Virus record (IMG/VR): IMGVR_UViG_3300037789_000070
Span: 138,576-202,575 of that record
Length of the DNA stretch: 64,000 nucleotides
Origin: a virus
Lineage: Duplodnaviria > Heunggongvirae > Uroviricota > Caudoviricetes
Strand: one strand, 5' to 3'
This document shows, piece after piece, positions 27,629 to 36,739 of this stretch (position 1 is its first letter; each line of letters begins with the position of its first letter). The position numbers and the translations under genes were made by a program. The notes under the pieces were generated by a model that was given only the letters and a program-made list of their open reading frames with translations, was not told the DNA's origin and searched no databases.

Positions 27629-29030
27629 CTGGACTTCTAATATAAATGAATATGATTTTGATTCTTTAGATTTGAAGTTAAATGTCATTTCGAGGGTCAA
27701 TAAAAATATGATCTTGTTCGAAAGACATAATTTCGAAGGAGATGATATTTTAGCAGGTAGATATTTATTTTCTCATCTTGCACACTTAGAAGATATTGCA
27801 GTTCTAGCAGCACATCGCGGCAACTGCATTGAAAACCAATTGGAAGATGAATTGGTTCATCGCAAAACATTTGAAACTATCGCAGAACATTTCGGCGGGA
27901 TGGTTGAACCATCTTATGAGATAAAACAGATTATGAATTATCTCATGACTTTGACTGGTGAAGATTCTCTGGCTGCATTGAATGTAGTTGCTGAGAATTG
28001 GTTAGAAACAGTTTTCGTCTCTTTGTATAAATCTGGCCTTTGTACTGATATGTTCAAGTTAATTGGCGAAGAAGAAAAACGTCATAGTCATGAAGCATTA
28101 GAACAGGCCAGACCAGATCCTGACGCTTTCAGTGAAATAGTTCAAGACTTAGAAGACATGTTGACAAAAATCTCCATGTCCCCAGAGTTCATGATTCCTC
28201 TCCACTGGTTCATGGGAACTGAGAACATGGCCCTTATGGGTCTCAAGATCGCAGAGAAGCACGAGGAGGCCTGTAAGCATCTTGGGGTACAAGCAGACCT
28301 TCATGCCCTTAAAGTCTCCTCACGCTCCGCTAAGTTCCTTAACAGGACCGCTCCTGTTCCAGTTGAGATGAGTGATTGGGAATATGTCAAGCAACAGACA
28401 TGGGACGATCACGCCCCACAATATTGCTTCATTGAACATGAAGTCAAAGAAACTAATCCTCTGAAACTTCAAGCTAAGCTAATGGAAGCGGCGGCATGTG
28501 TCATGAAGCGACATCCTAGATTTAGGAACGTTTTAAGACGTGGCCAGATTTATCGAACTGATCATCCAGTCATAGGGATGAGAACCCTTTATGATGACGA
28601 ACAGGTTCTAACACTGTACGTCTCTAGACCGGAAAAGAAAGGATGGAAGGGGACCATCCGTAATTTGGCTAAAACCAAACGCAGGGTTAAAGAAAAACCA
28701 TATGAACCTTATCCGGGTGGAGTCAGACTAACGCCGGAATTGAAGAATCTTTTCCCACCAAATAGGTGTTCTCTTGTCGTGACTTATAACGGTGATTGGG
28801 GCGGAGATTTTGGTGTAGGACCGCTTAGCGATATGGAAGGCATACCCTGCAGTCTGACAATAGGCCGAATTCGAGAAATCAAAGACGTAGAAGAAGACGA
28901 ATTCGGTTTAGTGTATATTACTAAAAAGAAAGTGTCTACGTTCTGTTTGATGATGGACCATAGAACTGGTGACGGGAAAGATATCGGTCTGTTTCTAAAA
29001 GAAACATTGAGAGAATTGGACAAACTCTAA
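27612..29030 (+). CDS. two-domain protein: diiron-carboxylate (ferritin/HO-like)-type N-domain fused to E2/CAT-like acyltransferase C-domain
   Basis: N-domain: E(HLEDIA)-x~25-EDELVH and E(NWLETVF)-x~27-EEKRH, i.e. two E...ExxH motifs. C-domain: CLMMDHRTGDGKDIGLFLKETL matches the DHRxxDG catalytic motif of 2-oxoacid dehydrogenase E2 / chloramphenicol acetyltransferase-like transferases. Confidence 0.6.
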   Translation: MKRMINWTSNINEYDFDSLDLKLNVISRVNKNMILFERHNFEGDDILAGRYLFSHLAHLEDIAVLAAHRGNCIENQLEDELVHRKTFETIAEHFGGMVEPSYEIKQIMNYLMTLTGEDSLAALNVVAENWLETVFVSLYKSGLCTDMFKLIGEEEKRHSHEALEQARPDPDAFSEIVQDLEDMLTKISMSPEFMIPLHWFMGTENMALMGLKIAEKHEEACKHLGVQADLHALKVSSRSAKFLNRTAPVPVEMSDWEYVKQQTWDDHAPQYCFIEHEVKETNPLKLQAKLMEAAACVMKRHPRFRNVLRRGQIYRTDHPVIGMRTLYDDEQVLTLYVSRPEKKGWKGTIRNLAKTKRRVKEKPYEPYPGGVRLTPELKNLFPPNRCSLVVTYNGDWGGDFGVGPLSDMEGIPCSLTIGRIREIKDVEEDEFGLVYITKKKVSTFCLMMDHRTGDGKDIGLFLKETLRELDKL

Positions 29031-29038
29031 TAGGTGTT

Positions 29039-29371
29039 TTAAACAGCTAAACAGCTATTCACAAAACCCTCAAAACCTTCATTATCAATATGGTTAGCAA
29101 CTTCTGAATAGTCTTCCAAAATCTTCTCACACACTGCATCCAATAACGCATCATAGGTGTCATCATCATGATTGGTGTCATGACCAGCTTGCGTTATGAT
29201 CTCCATAGCACGAGAAATTGCTAGAGTTTCATCATCTAGAGGAAATGCTTCTTGAAGTTCTTTCACGTGGATACCAGCGGCATATGCAACGCTAGATGAG
29301 GCGTATCCCCTCCACTCCCACGAGGCGATGATATCAGCAAGTTGAGATTTTTCTTTCCTAGTCATTGTCAT
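29039..29371 (-). CDS. hypothetical protein (110 aa)
   Basis: ORF. Confidence 0.5.
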   Translation of the reverse strand: MTMTRKEKSQLADIIASWEWRGYASSSVAYAAGIHVKELQEAFPLDDETLAISRAMEIITQAGHDTNHDDDTYDALLDAVCEKILEDYSEVANHIDNEGFEGFVNSCLAV

Positions 29372-29443
29372 TCTCCTAGTATTTTCGTTTTCTTTCCATC
29401 AAGGCCTCTAGCCCTTAAGTCCGTATAACCTCTAGCTCTCTCT

Positions 29444-29704
29444 TTATATTCTTTTAACGACCAAAGAACATTTTTGTTCAAGTGCCTCAAGGCCTAGGTC
29501 AGTAAGCCACCAAGCATTAATCATTCGATTATCAACTTCCATTGTTACGGATTTGATAAATCCACGCTCTTCAAGTGGGCCGGTAATAGATGGATCAAAA
29601 TGATTATACTGGCCAGCTACCTTAACGTCTTTGCCAATGACACGTCCATACTGTGACATAAATTCTAGAGTCCATGCCTGTTTGTATCCGATGTTAAGCG
29701 ACAT
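29444..29704 (-). CDS. hypothetical protein (86 aa)
   Basis: ORF. Confidence 0.45.
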   Translation of the reverse strand: MSLNIGYKQAWTLEFMSQYGRVIGKDVKVAGQYNHFDPSITGPLEERGFIKSVTMEVDNRMINAWWLTDLGLEALEQKCSLVVKRI

Positions 29705-30350
29705 TGACGGTTTCCTTTAGGCATTCAAAAGCCGCATTGATGCTTTCACGACTATCGTTGTCCATCATCTTGAGAGTAGCTTGGAACATATAGTAGTGCT
29801 GCTCATCCTCGCCCTTGAAGATATAACGACGATTACTCGCCCACCCAAGAGCGCAGCATACAGGATCAAACCCATCCTTCCAAGAAGGATCACAGTAATT
29901 ACAAAAATCTTCAAAGATTTCGTTAGGAATCAGATGAATCATATTCCATAGAACAACTGAATAGTCGTTATCCATAGACACACGCAAAGTTCTATGGAAG
30001 ATAGTGCCAAAGTCATACTTCTTGCGCCAATCAATATCCGTTGCTCGATGAACATCAGACCAATTTTCAAAAGCCATTGTCACGATTCTGTAACCAACAG
30101 ACCTACAAAACTTTTCTTCAGAAAAATTTTCTGAATCTTGTCGGCCTTTAAACCTGCGCTTATTCATAAAGAAAATAGGATTTCCGTCTTCTTCTTCAAA
30201 ACGCAAGGAAGCCATAACATTACCAAATGAAGAAATTTCAATTCCACCTTTGGTTTCTTTAACCTTGAAATGAGAAATATGCCAATTTCTAGAAATTGAT
30301 TTCTCAGCAAAATCCTTAATAGTAGAAATAATTTTTTCACCAGTTTCCAT
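29694..30350 (-). CDS. hypothetical protein (218 aa)
   Basis: ORF. Confidence 0.5.
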   Translation of the reverse strand: METGEKIISTIKDFAEKSISRNWHISHFKVKETKGGIEISSFGNVMASLRFEEEDGNPIFFMNKRRFKGRQDSENFSEEKFCRSVGYRIVTMAFENWSDVHRATDIDWRKKYDFGTIFHRTLRVSMDNDYSVVLWNMIHLIPNEIFEDFCNYCDPSWKDGFDPVCCALGWASNRRYIFKGEDEQHYYMFQATLKMMDNDSRESINAAFECLKETVNVA

Positions 30351-30384
30351 TTTTTCAGACCTCCATTTAAAAATGACGATTTCT

Positions 30385-30412
30385 AATATACACTTTTATC
30401 TTTTATTGTCAA
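30385..30412 (-). promoter_or_regulatory. sigma70-like early promoter candidate (TTGACA-16-TATATT on the minus strand)
   Basis: Reverse complement of 30385-30412 reads TTGACAATAAAAGATAAAAGTGTATATT. Sits just upstream of gene 29694-30350 and downstream of the 30414-30445 terminator. Confidence 0.4.
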
Positions 30413-30413
30413 C

Positions 30414-30445
30414 AAAAAAGCTCCCCATGAAAGAGGAGCTTTTTA
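30414..30445. terminator. bidirectional intrinsic terminator
   Basis: AAAAAGCTCC(CC ATGAAA GA)GGAGCTTTTT: the stem is flanked by an A-run and a T-run. Confidence 0.65.
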
Positions 30446-30454
30446 GGATTGCGT

Positions 30455-30979
30455 TTAGTATAATGAGTGGAACTGATATTCAAAAATATCCTCTACTCCA
30501 AAATTCTTGGTCCCACCGTCATGGATAAAAATCAAACTTTCATTTTGATCTTTATATAAAACACCCACTTGAACATTATCGTCTGTTTCTTCATCAGTGA
30601 GCATCTTAATTTTACCAACGATGCAATTGTGAACTCCCGGAGATATATAAAGTGGGGAATTTGGATTAACAAATTCAGTCATAGAAACCCAAACCCCTCT
30701 CTCTGCGTTCAGTTCTGGTTCAAAACCCTCTTCCATTTCCCCGCGAATCTTTTCAACAGTAGAAACTACAGTAGTAGCGGCCTTCTTGAATGGTTTGAGA
30801 ATAATTTCAAGATCGGCACTTTTCCCAAAACTATAAATCTTTTCAAGTTTATTAAGAATAAACTTTCGATCACTCTCATCCATCTTCTCAATTGTTTTGA
30901 GAACTGAAATCAATGTCAAAATTGCACTAATTTTGTTCATAATCACTTTCCACTTTTCTGGTAAAAGTGTCTTCCACAT
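30455..30979 (-). CDS. hypothetical protein (174 aa), N-terminal hydrophobic segment
   Basis: ORF. Confidence 0.5.
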   Translation of the reverse strand: MWKTLLPEKWKVIMNKISAILTLISVLKTIEKMDESDRKFILNKLEKIYSFGKSADLEIILKPFKKAATTVVSTVEKIRGEMEEGFEPELNAERGVWVSMTEFVNPNSPLYISPGVHNCIVGKIKMLTDEETDDNVQVGVLYKDQNESLIFIHDGGTKNFGVEDIFEYQFHSLY

Positions 30980-31181
30980 AATGAGTTGCTACATTTGCAT
31001 TAGGCAAATTCTTTCGTGTCTCGTCAAGAGGGGACACTCTAATGTCAAAGCCGTCCTGAACAGTTGTAACATAAACACGAGCAGGGAAAAAATCCCAAAC
31101 ATTGTTACCAACCATACGGCCAACTAGGGCGTAATAGGTACCACCTCTTTCAATTTTATTAATCTCTTTAATCACTCTCAT
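30927..31181 (-). CDS. hypothetical protein (84 aa)
   Basis: ORF overlapping both neighbours. Confidence 0.45.
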   Translation of the reverse strand: MRVIKEINKIERGGTYYALVGRMVGNNVWDFFPARVYVTTVQDGFDIRVSPLDETRKNLPNANVATHYVEDTFTRKVESDYEQN

Positions 31182-31527
31182 TTTCCTTTACATAATTTTC
31201 GAATACGTTTCGATTATCTTCAGTGGCTGCTTTAGCCGACCCTTTTTCAACCTTAGATTCAATCTCAGGCCGATTTAAGGGAATAACCACAACGGGACCT
31301 TCCCGAACAACCTTATTCTTAGGCTCTATTCTAGTACTTTCGCCACTTAATGTCTTGACCAAATCAAAGGCGAAATAACCTACTAAAATAAACACACAAA
31401 CTGCTGCAAAAATAAAAAACGGTCGATCATTTGTTTTATTCTTAAGAATCGCTAAGACCGCAAAAGTAAAAAGCGTTAGTCCAGCTATCACGAAAATCGA
31501 CGAAAAAACCAAAGTCTCAATATTCAT
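31168..31527 (-). CDS. small membrane protein, two TM helices (possible NfeD-like partner of SPFH)
   Basis: TM1 VFSSIFVIAGLTLFTFAVLAIL, TM2 FFIFAAVCVFILVGYFAF. Soluble C-tail. Directly downstream of the SPFH gene. Confidence 0.5.
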   Translation of the reverse strand: MNIETLVFSSIFVIAGLTLFTFAVLAILKNKTNDRPFFIFAAVCVFILVGYFAFDLVKTLSGESTRIEPKNKVVREGPVVVIPLNRPEIESKVEKGSAKAATEDNRNVFENYVKENESD

Positions 31528-31537
31528 AATAATTATC

Positions 31538-32413
31538 TCACTGATACATCATGACAGAGTTTAGATTACCTTCTTCGGCAGAAGAATTCGCAGCATCAGC
31601 AAGCTTTTCCAGAGCGTCTGCTCTCCGTTCTTCAATCTTCAAGGAAACATAGACATCATAAGGAACACCAGCCTGCTTTGCATTTTTGATGTCATTGAGG
31701 TTACGCACCTTCTGAAACGCCTGACGCTTGTCTTCGACTGAAATTTCTGCTGCCAGCGCACGAATCTGTCGTTCCTTATTTTCATCAATAGCATAGAGCT
31801 TTCGCTTTGCCGTGATAACCTCATCCGGAACAGTACCGATACCATTAGTAAAAGTCAATTCCGTGACTTCCACAGGCGTTTCTGCAAGAGCTAGATTGAC
31901 TTCATTCTTAACATAATTGCCGATCAAAACAACTTCGCTAAGAGTTTCTTCCACAGTATACTGTTTCAGCGCGTCAATGATAGTGCCGGAGACAACACGC
32001 TTAATATACACTTCATAAATTGCATCAGAAGTAATCTTTCGCTCACGAGTAGATTGTCGGTCATCAGCAAAAACTGATCGGACTTCACTAGCAACTTGAC
32101 GCAACGCTTCGGGCGTATTTTTGATGCGAAACTGAATACCTGCGGTAACATTTTCCAGATCAACATTTGACTTAGGTAGAAATACCCGAGTAATTGTCAT
32201 TGATGCGGAAGACTTGGAAGCCTCAACACGAAGTAGAGAAGCACACGCTTCGCCCGGTCCACAAAAATCCAGCCGAGTAGCACCGGGATTAATAATTTCT
32301 GGATTAACACCAGAAGAACTAATTTCAAAACCAACTTCATTTGGCTGGATAGTCACCATTTCACCACAGGCAACAAGAGCCATTGCCATAATAGAAACTA
32401 GAATTACTCGCAT
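31538..32413 (-). CDS. SPFH/band-7 (prohibitin/stomatin-like) domain lipoprotein
   Basis: Signal peptide with lipobox (LVACG). Core with SPFH-like pattern (TVEETLSEV ... VEVTELTFTNGIGTVPDEVITAKRKLYAIDENKERQIRALAAEI) and a C-terminal coiled coil. Confidence 0.65.
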   Translation of the reverse strand: MRVILVSIMAMALVACGEMVTIQPNEVGFEISSSGVNPEIINPGATRLDFCGPGEACASLLRVEASKSSASMTITRVFLPKSNVDLENVTAGIQFRIKNTPEALRQVASEVRSVFADDRQSTRERKITSDAIYEVYIKRVVSGTIIDALKQYTVEETLSEVVLIGNYVKNEVNLALAETPVEVTELTFTNGIGTVPDEVITAKRKLYAIDENKERQIRALAAEISVEDKRQAFQKVRNLNDIKNAKQAGVPYDVYVSLKIEERRADALEKLADAANSSAEEGNLNSVMMYQ

Positions 32414-32510
32414 TTTTAAATCCCATATATTAATTTGAAAAGAAGGACATTTCGGTCCTTTTTAGATAGACAACATCCCTTCTATCAAAAACAAAACCTA
32501 ATGTCAATAT

Positions 32511-32539
32511 TTGACTTTTTACTTTTTTCGTCCTATTAT
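32511..32539 (+). promoter_or_regulatory. sigma70-like early promoter candidate TTGACT-17-TATTAT
   Basis: TTGACT 32511-32516, 17-nt spacer, TATTAT 32534-32539. About 37 nt upstream of the topoisomerase operon start. Confidence 0.5.
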
Positions 32540-32576
32540 ACGAAACTAAGTTCAAGCCCAAAAAGGAAATTTTTAA

Positions 32577-34001
32577 ATGAGTGTTTCCGCGAGTGATTAC
32601 ATTCTAGACATTCAGCGAAGCTATGCGCTTTATACTAATAACGGTCGATACATTCCTAATGCTACCGATGGTTTGAAACGGGCCATGCGTCAGGCTATGG
32701 AAGTTATGTATAGTCATAATGGCAGGTTTAAAACAAGCGCTCTATCCGGTGCAATGCAAGAACGAAATCTGTATCCTCACGGCGATGCATCAGATTCTAT
32801 TTCTTCACTGGCAGCACCTTTTATTAATAATGTTCCTCTTCTAAGGGCACACGGGACATTCGGAACGAAGGTGAATCCTACTGCCTTTGCGGCACCTCGT
32901 TACACTGATGTGGACAAGCCGCCCTATATTAATGATCTTTTTTATCTTGATCGGGACATTCTTCCGCTCAAAGATAATTTTGATGGAAGTCGTAAAGAGC
33001 CTAAGACGTTCCTTCCAATTATTCCCACTCTCCTTGTAAACGGAATGGTTGGTATTGGTACGGGGTGGTCTTGTACAATCCTTCCCCGAAACATTAATGA
33101 TATTTGTGAAGCTGTTATTGATGTTTTGAACGGAAAAAAACCAAAACGTCTTCTTCCAGATTATTCTTGGGCAAAGACCAACTGTGAATTTATCGAATAT
33201 AACGATAAGGGCAATGCAAAATGGCTTTTCATTGGCGAAGTGGAAATGCCAGACACATCTAGTATTCGAGTTACCGAACTTCCTTCGGGATTGTCTTTGG
33301 AAGATTTCAAATCCAAACTTTCTACTATGGAAGAAAATGGAACTATCAAAGATTTTATTGATAATTCATCTAATGAAATTTCAGTAACCATCAAGCTTAA
33401 ACGCGGTCAGTGTAAGGGGTGGTCGAATGCAGATGCTATTGATTTCCTGAACTTGAAAAAAACTCGGACTGAAAACTTCGTCGTGGTCGGATTTGATGGA
33501 GATACTATTACTCCATATGCTTATGATGGAAAGACTGATCCTATCGAACAATACATCAAGGATTGGGTTGAGTGGAGATTCGGTTGGTATACTGATCGGT
33601 ATAATCATCTTAAGAAAGAAACTACTGATGAACTCAACTACCTTCGTCTCCTGTTCGAATGCTATGCTCGTAATCTTCCCATGGTTTTGGGAGATTTAAA
33701 GAACAAGGCCGAACTGAAAGGAATGATTGAGGCGATTGGTAACGAAGCCAAGATTTCTTTTGGGGACCATCATGTTGAAAGGATTTGTAATCGGGCCACC
33801 TATAGCTGGACACGAGACAATTCATTGAAAGTAGTAGAAGATATAAAAGAAAAAGAGAAAGAACTTGACGAATTTAATCTTTTGTTAAATGATGAAAAAA
33901 AGCGCCGTGGTGTTTTTCTCACTGAGGTGAATGCAATTAAGTCTGCGGTTCCAAACATCAAAAAGAGCATCGACACAATTCGCGGCAAGAAAGCAAAATA
34001 A
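32577..34001 (+). CDS. DNA topoisomerase II, DNA-cleavage (GyrA/T4 gp52-like) subunit
   Basis: RYIPNATDGLKRAMRQAMEVMY (GyrA R..P...DGLKP..RR motif) and AAPRYTDV (AAxRYTE active-site Tyr). Confidence 0.85.
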   Translation: MSVSASDYILDIQRSYALYTNNGRYIPNATDGLKRAMRQAMEVMYSHNGRFKTSALSGAMQERNLYPHGDASDSISSLAAPFINNVPLLRAHGTFGTKVNPTAFAAPRYTDVDKPPYINDLFYLDRDILPLKDNFDGSRKEPKTFLPIIPTLLVNGMVGIGTGWSCTILPRNINDICEAVIDVLNGKKPKRLLPDYSWAKTNCEFIEYNDKGNAKWLFIGEVEMPDTSSIRVTELPSGLSLEDFKSKLSTMEENGTIKDFIDNSSNEISVTIKLKRGQCKGWSNADAIDFLNLKKTRTENFVVVGFDGDTITPYAYDGKTDPIEQYIKDWVEWRFGWYTDRYNHLKKETTDELNYLRLLFECYARNLPMVLGDLKNKAELKGMIEAIGNEAKISFGDHHVERICNRATYSWTRDNSLKVVEDIKEKEKELDEFNLLLNDEKKRRGVFLTEVNAIKSAVPNIKKSIDTIRGKKAK

Positions 34002-35929
34002 TGACTACTAAATCCAAAGCATATAGTCAGATTGACGTTCTTAACGATTATAAGTTTTCCCGTATCCGGACTGAAATGTTCTTGGGTAGCCGTGAGGCCA
34101 CGACTGAGACCATGATCTCCTTTGATGATAAGGGAGTGGTTCAGCGCGAGGAAACTTTTGTACCGGCTCTCTATACCTACTGGCGTGAGATTCTGGATAA
34201 CGCGGTAGATGAGGTAATAGGCCATGGTAATGGTAATCGGATTGAAGTCGATTACGATCCGGACACCATGACCTTTTCTGTCTATGATAACGGTCAGGGT
34301 ATCCCCGGAGATAAATTTGAAGTCCTCTTCACCATGACCAAATCAGGTCGTAATTTTGGTGACCGTGGAATTGTTGCTGGTACTAATGGTACTGGTGCTG
34401 CTATCACATGTCTGACTTCAAAAATGTTTAAAGCTGAAAGCTGGCGAGATAATAAACATTCTTCTCAGGAGTTTACCGAAGATCAGGACGGCGATGATAT
34501 GATCCGGGGAGAGCTTAAGGTAAGGCAACTCCGAGGCGTTAATCGTGGGAAGACTGGAACTAAGATTACTTTTTCTCCTAGTACTGATGTTTATGAAGAT
34601 GTGACTCTGCCCATTGAGTTTGTGTCTTCACGTTGTCAGGAAATTGCTGCCGCGTATCCTTCTTTGCGAATGTATTTCAATGGAGTACGAATTGGCGGGG
34701 AACGGACCACCGAAAAAATTCTGTTCGGAGATCTCAAACCTCTGACCATTTCTATTCGCGGTGAAATGAATACTGGTGGCGGCAAGCATCGCGTTCTCAA
34801 GGGTCGTGGCGTTGATCGTAAGGCGGACTTCAAATCAGATTTTTATCTTCTGCCCAATTTTTGTGAAGAAGGTGAAGCGTTCCATTCTCTTGTGAACGGC
34901 ATTGCTGCATACCGTGGCGGTAGTCAAATGGATGCTTTCCGTCGAAGCTTCTATAAGCTTGCAATCGAAGCTCTTAGTACAGAGGCCCGAAAGCGCAAAC
35001 TAGACAAGAGCCTTGACCGTAAAGATATCATGGAAGGCCTGTTGATCTATAACGTCACTATTATGCCTGCACCAAACTTCGATACCCAAAATAAGCAGAA
35101 GCTTGTTTCAAAGGATGCTGAAAAAATCATTTCTGAATCAATCACGCTGGCAGAAGTGAAGAAGATTTTCCGAGCTAATCCTGAATGGGTGAAGCAGATT
35201 CTTGACAACTGTGAAAAGCGGGTCGGGAATCAGGGTCTGAAAGACGCAATGCGCGAAAGTAAGAAAGCTATCAAGAAGCGGGTAGCTAAGCTTAAGGATG
35301 CAAATGGCCGGTCTCGAAGCAAATGTATTTTGTTTCTAGCGGAAGGAGACTCTGCTATTGAAGGTATGAACAATCTTCGTAACCCTGAAATTCATGGCGG
35401 TCTGCCTCTCCGTGGTAAAGTGATGAACGTGAACGGCGTCAATCCTGCTAAGGTGGTTAAGTCAGACCCTCTTCTAGACATCATGAATGCAGTGGGATTG
35501 CAGATCGGTCAGAAAGCCGTTCCCTCTGATCTTCGTTATGGAAAAATCTACATCGCAACAGATGAAGATGAAGATGGCGGAAATATTACTGCACTAATTG
35601 TTAATTTTCTATATACCTTTTGGCCGGAACTATTTGACAAGAAAAAACCAATGGTATATAAGTTTGAAACTCCGTTTATCATTTTGATTAAGGGCGGTAA
35701 ACGGAATTATATCTTCGGCAAAGACTATGCAAAATTTAATCCTTCTGATTGGAAGGGTTGGGACATTGTTAGAGCCAAGGGCGTTGGTCGCCTTGAACAG
35801 GAAGATTGGAAAAACATGTTGGATTCTCCTTCTCTAATTCCAATCGTTGATGACGGCCATCTAGAAGAAGCGTTGGACTTGATGTTCAACGGAGACCTCG
35901 CAGATGAGAGAAAAGGATGGCTATCATGA
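34001..35929 (+). CDS. DNA topoisomerase II, ATPase plus Toprim (GyrB/T4 gp39+gp60-like, unsplit) subunit
   Basis: GHKL motifs ILDNAVDE, DNGQGIP and GTNGTGAA. Toprim LFLAEGDSA and IATDEDEDGGNI. Confidence 0.85.
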   Translation: MTTKSKAYSQIDVLNDYKFSRIRTEMFLGSREATTETMISFDDKGVVQREETFVPALYTYWREILDNAVDEVIGHGNGNRIEVDYDPDTMTFSVYDNGQGIPGDKFEVLFTMTKSGRNFGDRGIVAGTNGTGAAITCLTSKMFKAESWRDNKHSSQEFTEDQDGDDMIRGELKVRQLRGVNRGKTGTKITFSPSTDVYEDVTLPIEFVSSRCQEIAAAYPSLRMYFNGVRIGGERTTEKILFGDLKPLTISIRGEMNTGGGKHRVLKGRGVDRKADFKSDFYLLPNFCEEGEAFHSLVNGIAAYRGGSQMDAFRRSFYKLAIEALSTEARKRKLDKSLDRKDIMEGLLIYNVTIMPAPNFDTQNKQKLVSKDAEKIISESITLAEVKKIFRANPEWVKQILDNCEKRVGNQGLKDAMRESKKAIKKRVAKLKDANGRSRSKCILFLAEGDSAIEGMNNLRNPEIHGGLPLRGKVMNVNGVNPAKVVKSDPLLDIMNAVGLQIGQKAVPSDLRYGKIYIATDEDEDGGNITALIVNFLYTFWPELFDKKKPMVYKFETPFIILIKGGKRNYIFGKDYAKFNPSDWKGWDIVRAKGVGRLEQEDWKNMLDSPSLIPIVDDGHLEEALDLMFNGDLADERKGWLS

Positions 35930-36363
35930 GCGATACAAAGTTTGATGAAATTGTTAAGAGGATGCTTTCCAAACAAAGCGACACTGACTCTTCCGTGGAT
36001 GAGCTTTTCAATGAAGTGGCCGACCAATTGGGCGCTGTTGATGATGTGGCTAAAAGCAGTGAAATTTTCCAACAATTCACTAATGCGGTTGTCGATAATA
36101 TCATCAACGACGAAGGATTTGACAAGATCGCAAAAGACACCTATAAGAGTCTTGAAAATTTTTGTAAAGAAAGGAATTTGAATGGAATGGAACGTCCCCT
36201 TCGTTTCTATCTAATTACAAAGATACTCATGGATGCCCATATAGAAGGTCTTGACGAAATGTCTATTGCCATTCTATTAACAGGTTGTGAAGCTCAATTT
36301 ACGCGCTTTCTGAAAGAAAACCGCGAAAGTCTTCTAACAACTCCCACTCAGGGATCAGCATAA
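35917..36363 (+). CDS. hypothetical protein (148 aa)
   Basis: ORF overlapping the topo gene end. Confidence 0.5.
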   Translation: MAIMSDTKFDEIVKRMLSKQSDTDSSVDELFNEVADQLGAVDDVAKSSEIFQQFTNAVVDNIINDEGFDKIAKDTYKSLENFCKERNLNGMERPLRFYLITKILMDAHIEGLDEMSIAILLTGCEAQFTRFLKENRESLLTTPTQGSA

Positions 36364-36373
36364 GGAAACTAAA

Positions 36374-36604
36374 ATGACTAAAAAGAATCTAGTGCCGTCT
36401 AAGAACGGCGTTTTGGCCCCAGTAACAAACCTTACTAATACGGCGGTAGCTTGGTTTGATGATCAGAAAAGCGACACACAGGCAATAGTAGTTGCTGGCG
36501 TTGCCGTGGGTGGAACTATCCTAGGAACCTTCCTAGGACCACTTTCATTAATTCTGTGGCCAGCATCAGCTTATGCGGCTTACAAGCTGGCCAAGCGAAT
36601 TTAA
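36374..36604 (+). CDS. small membrane protein (76 aa)
   Basis: Two hydrophobic helices (AIVVAGVAVGGTILGTFLGPLSLILWPA). Confidence 0.5.
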   Translation: MTKKNLVPSKNGVLAPVTNLTNTAVAWFDDQKSDTQAIVVAGVAVGGTILGTFLGPLSLILWPASAYAAYKLAKRI

Positions 36605-36739
36605 GTGTTGACACCTTAGCTGGAATGATCTAAAGGTATCTTTATTGAGGGCCATTCAAGAACTTCCTTCTAAAAAACTTTCTTGCAATGAAACCATAAT
36701 AGTTTTTGGCCTATCCCTCGTTTTAAAAGGATTTCAAAG

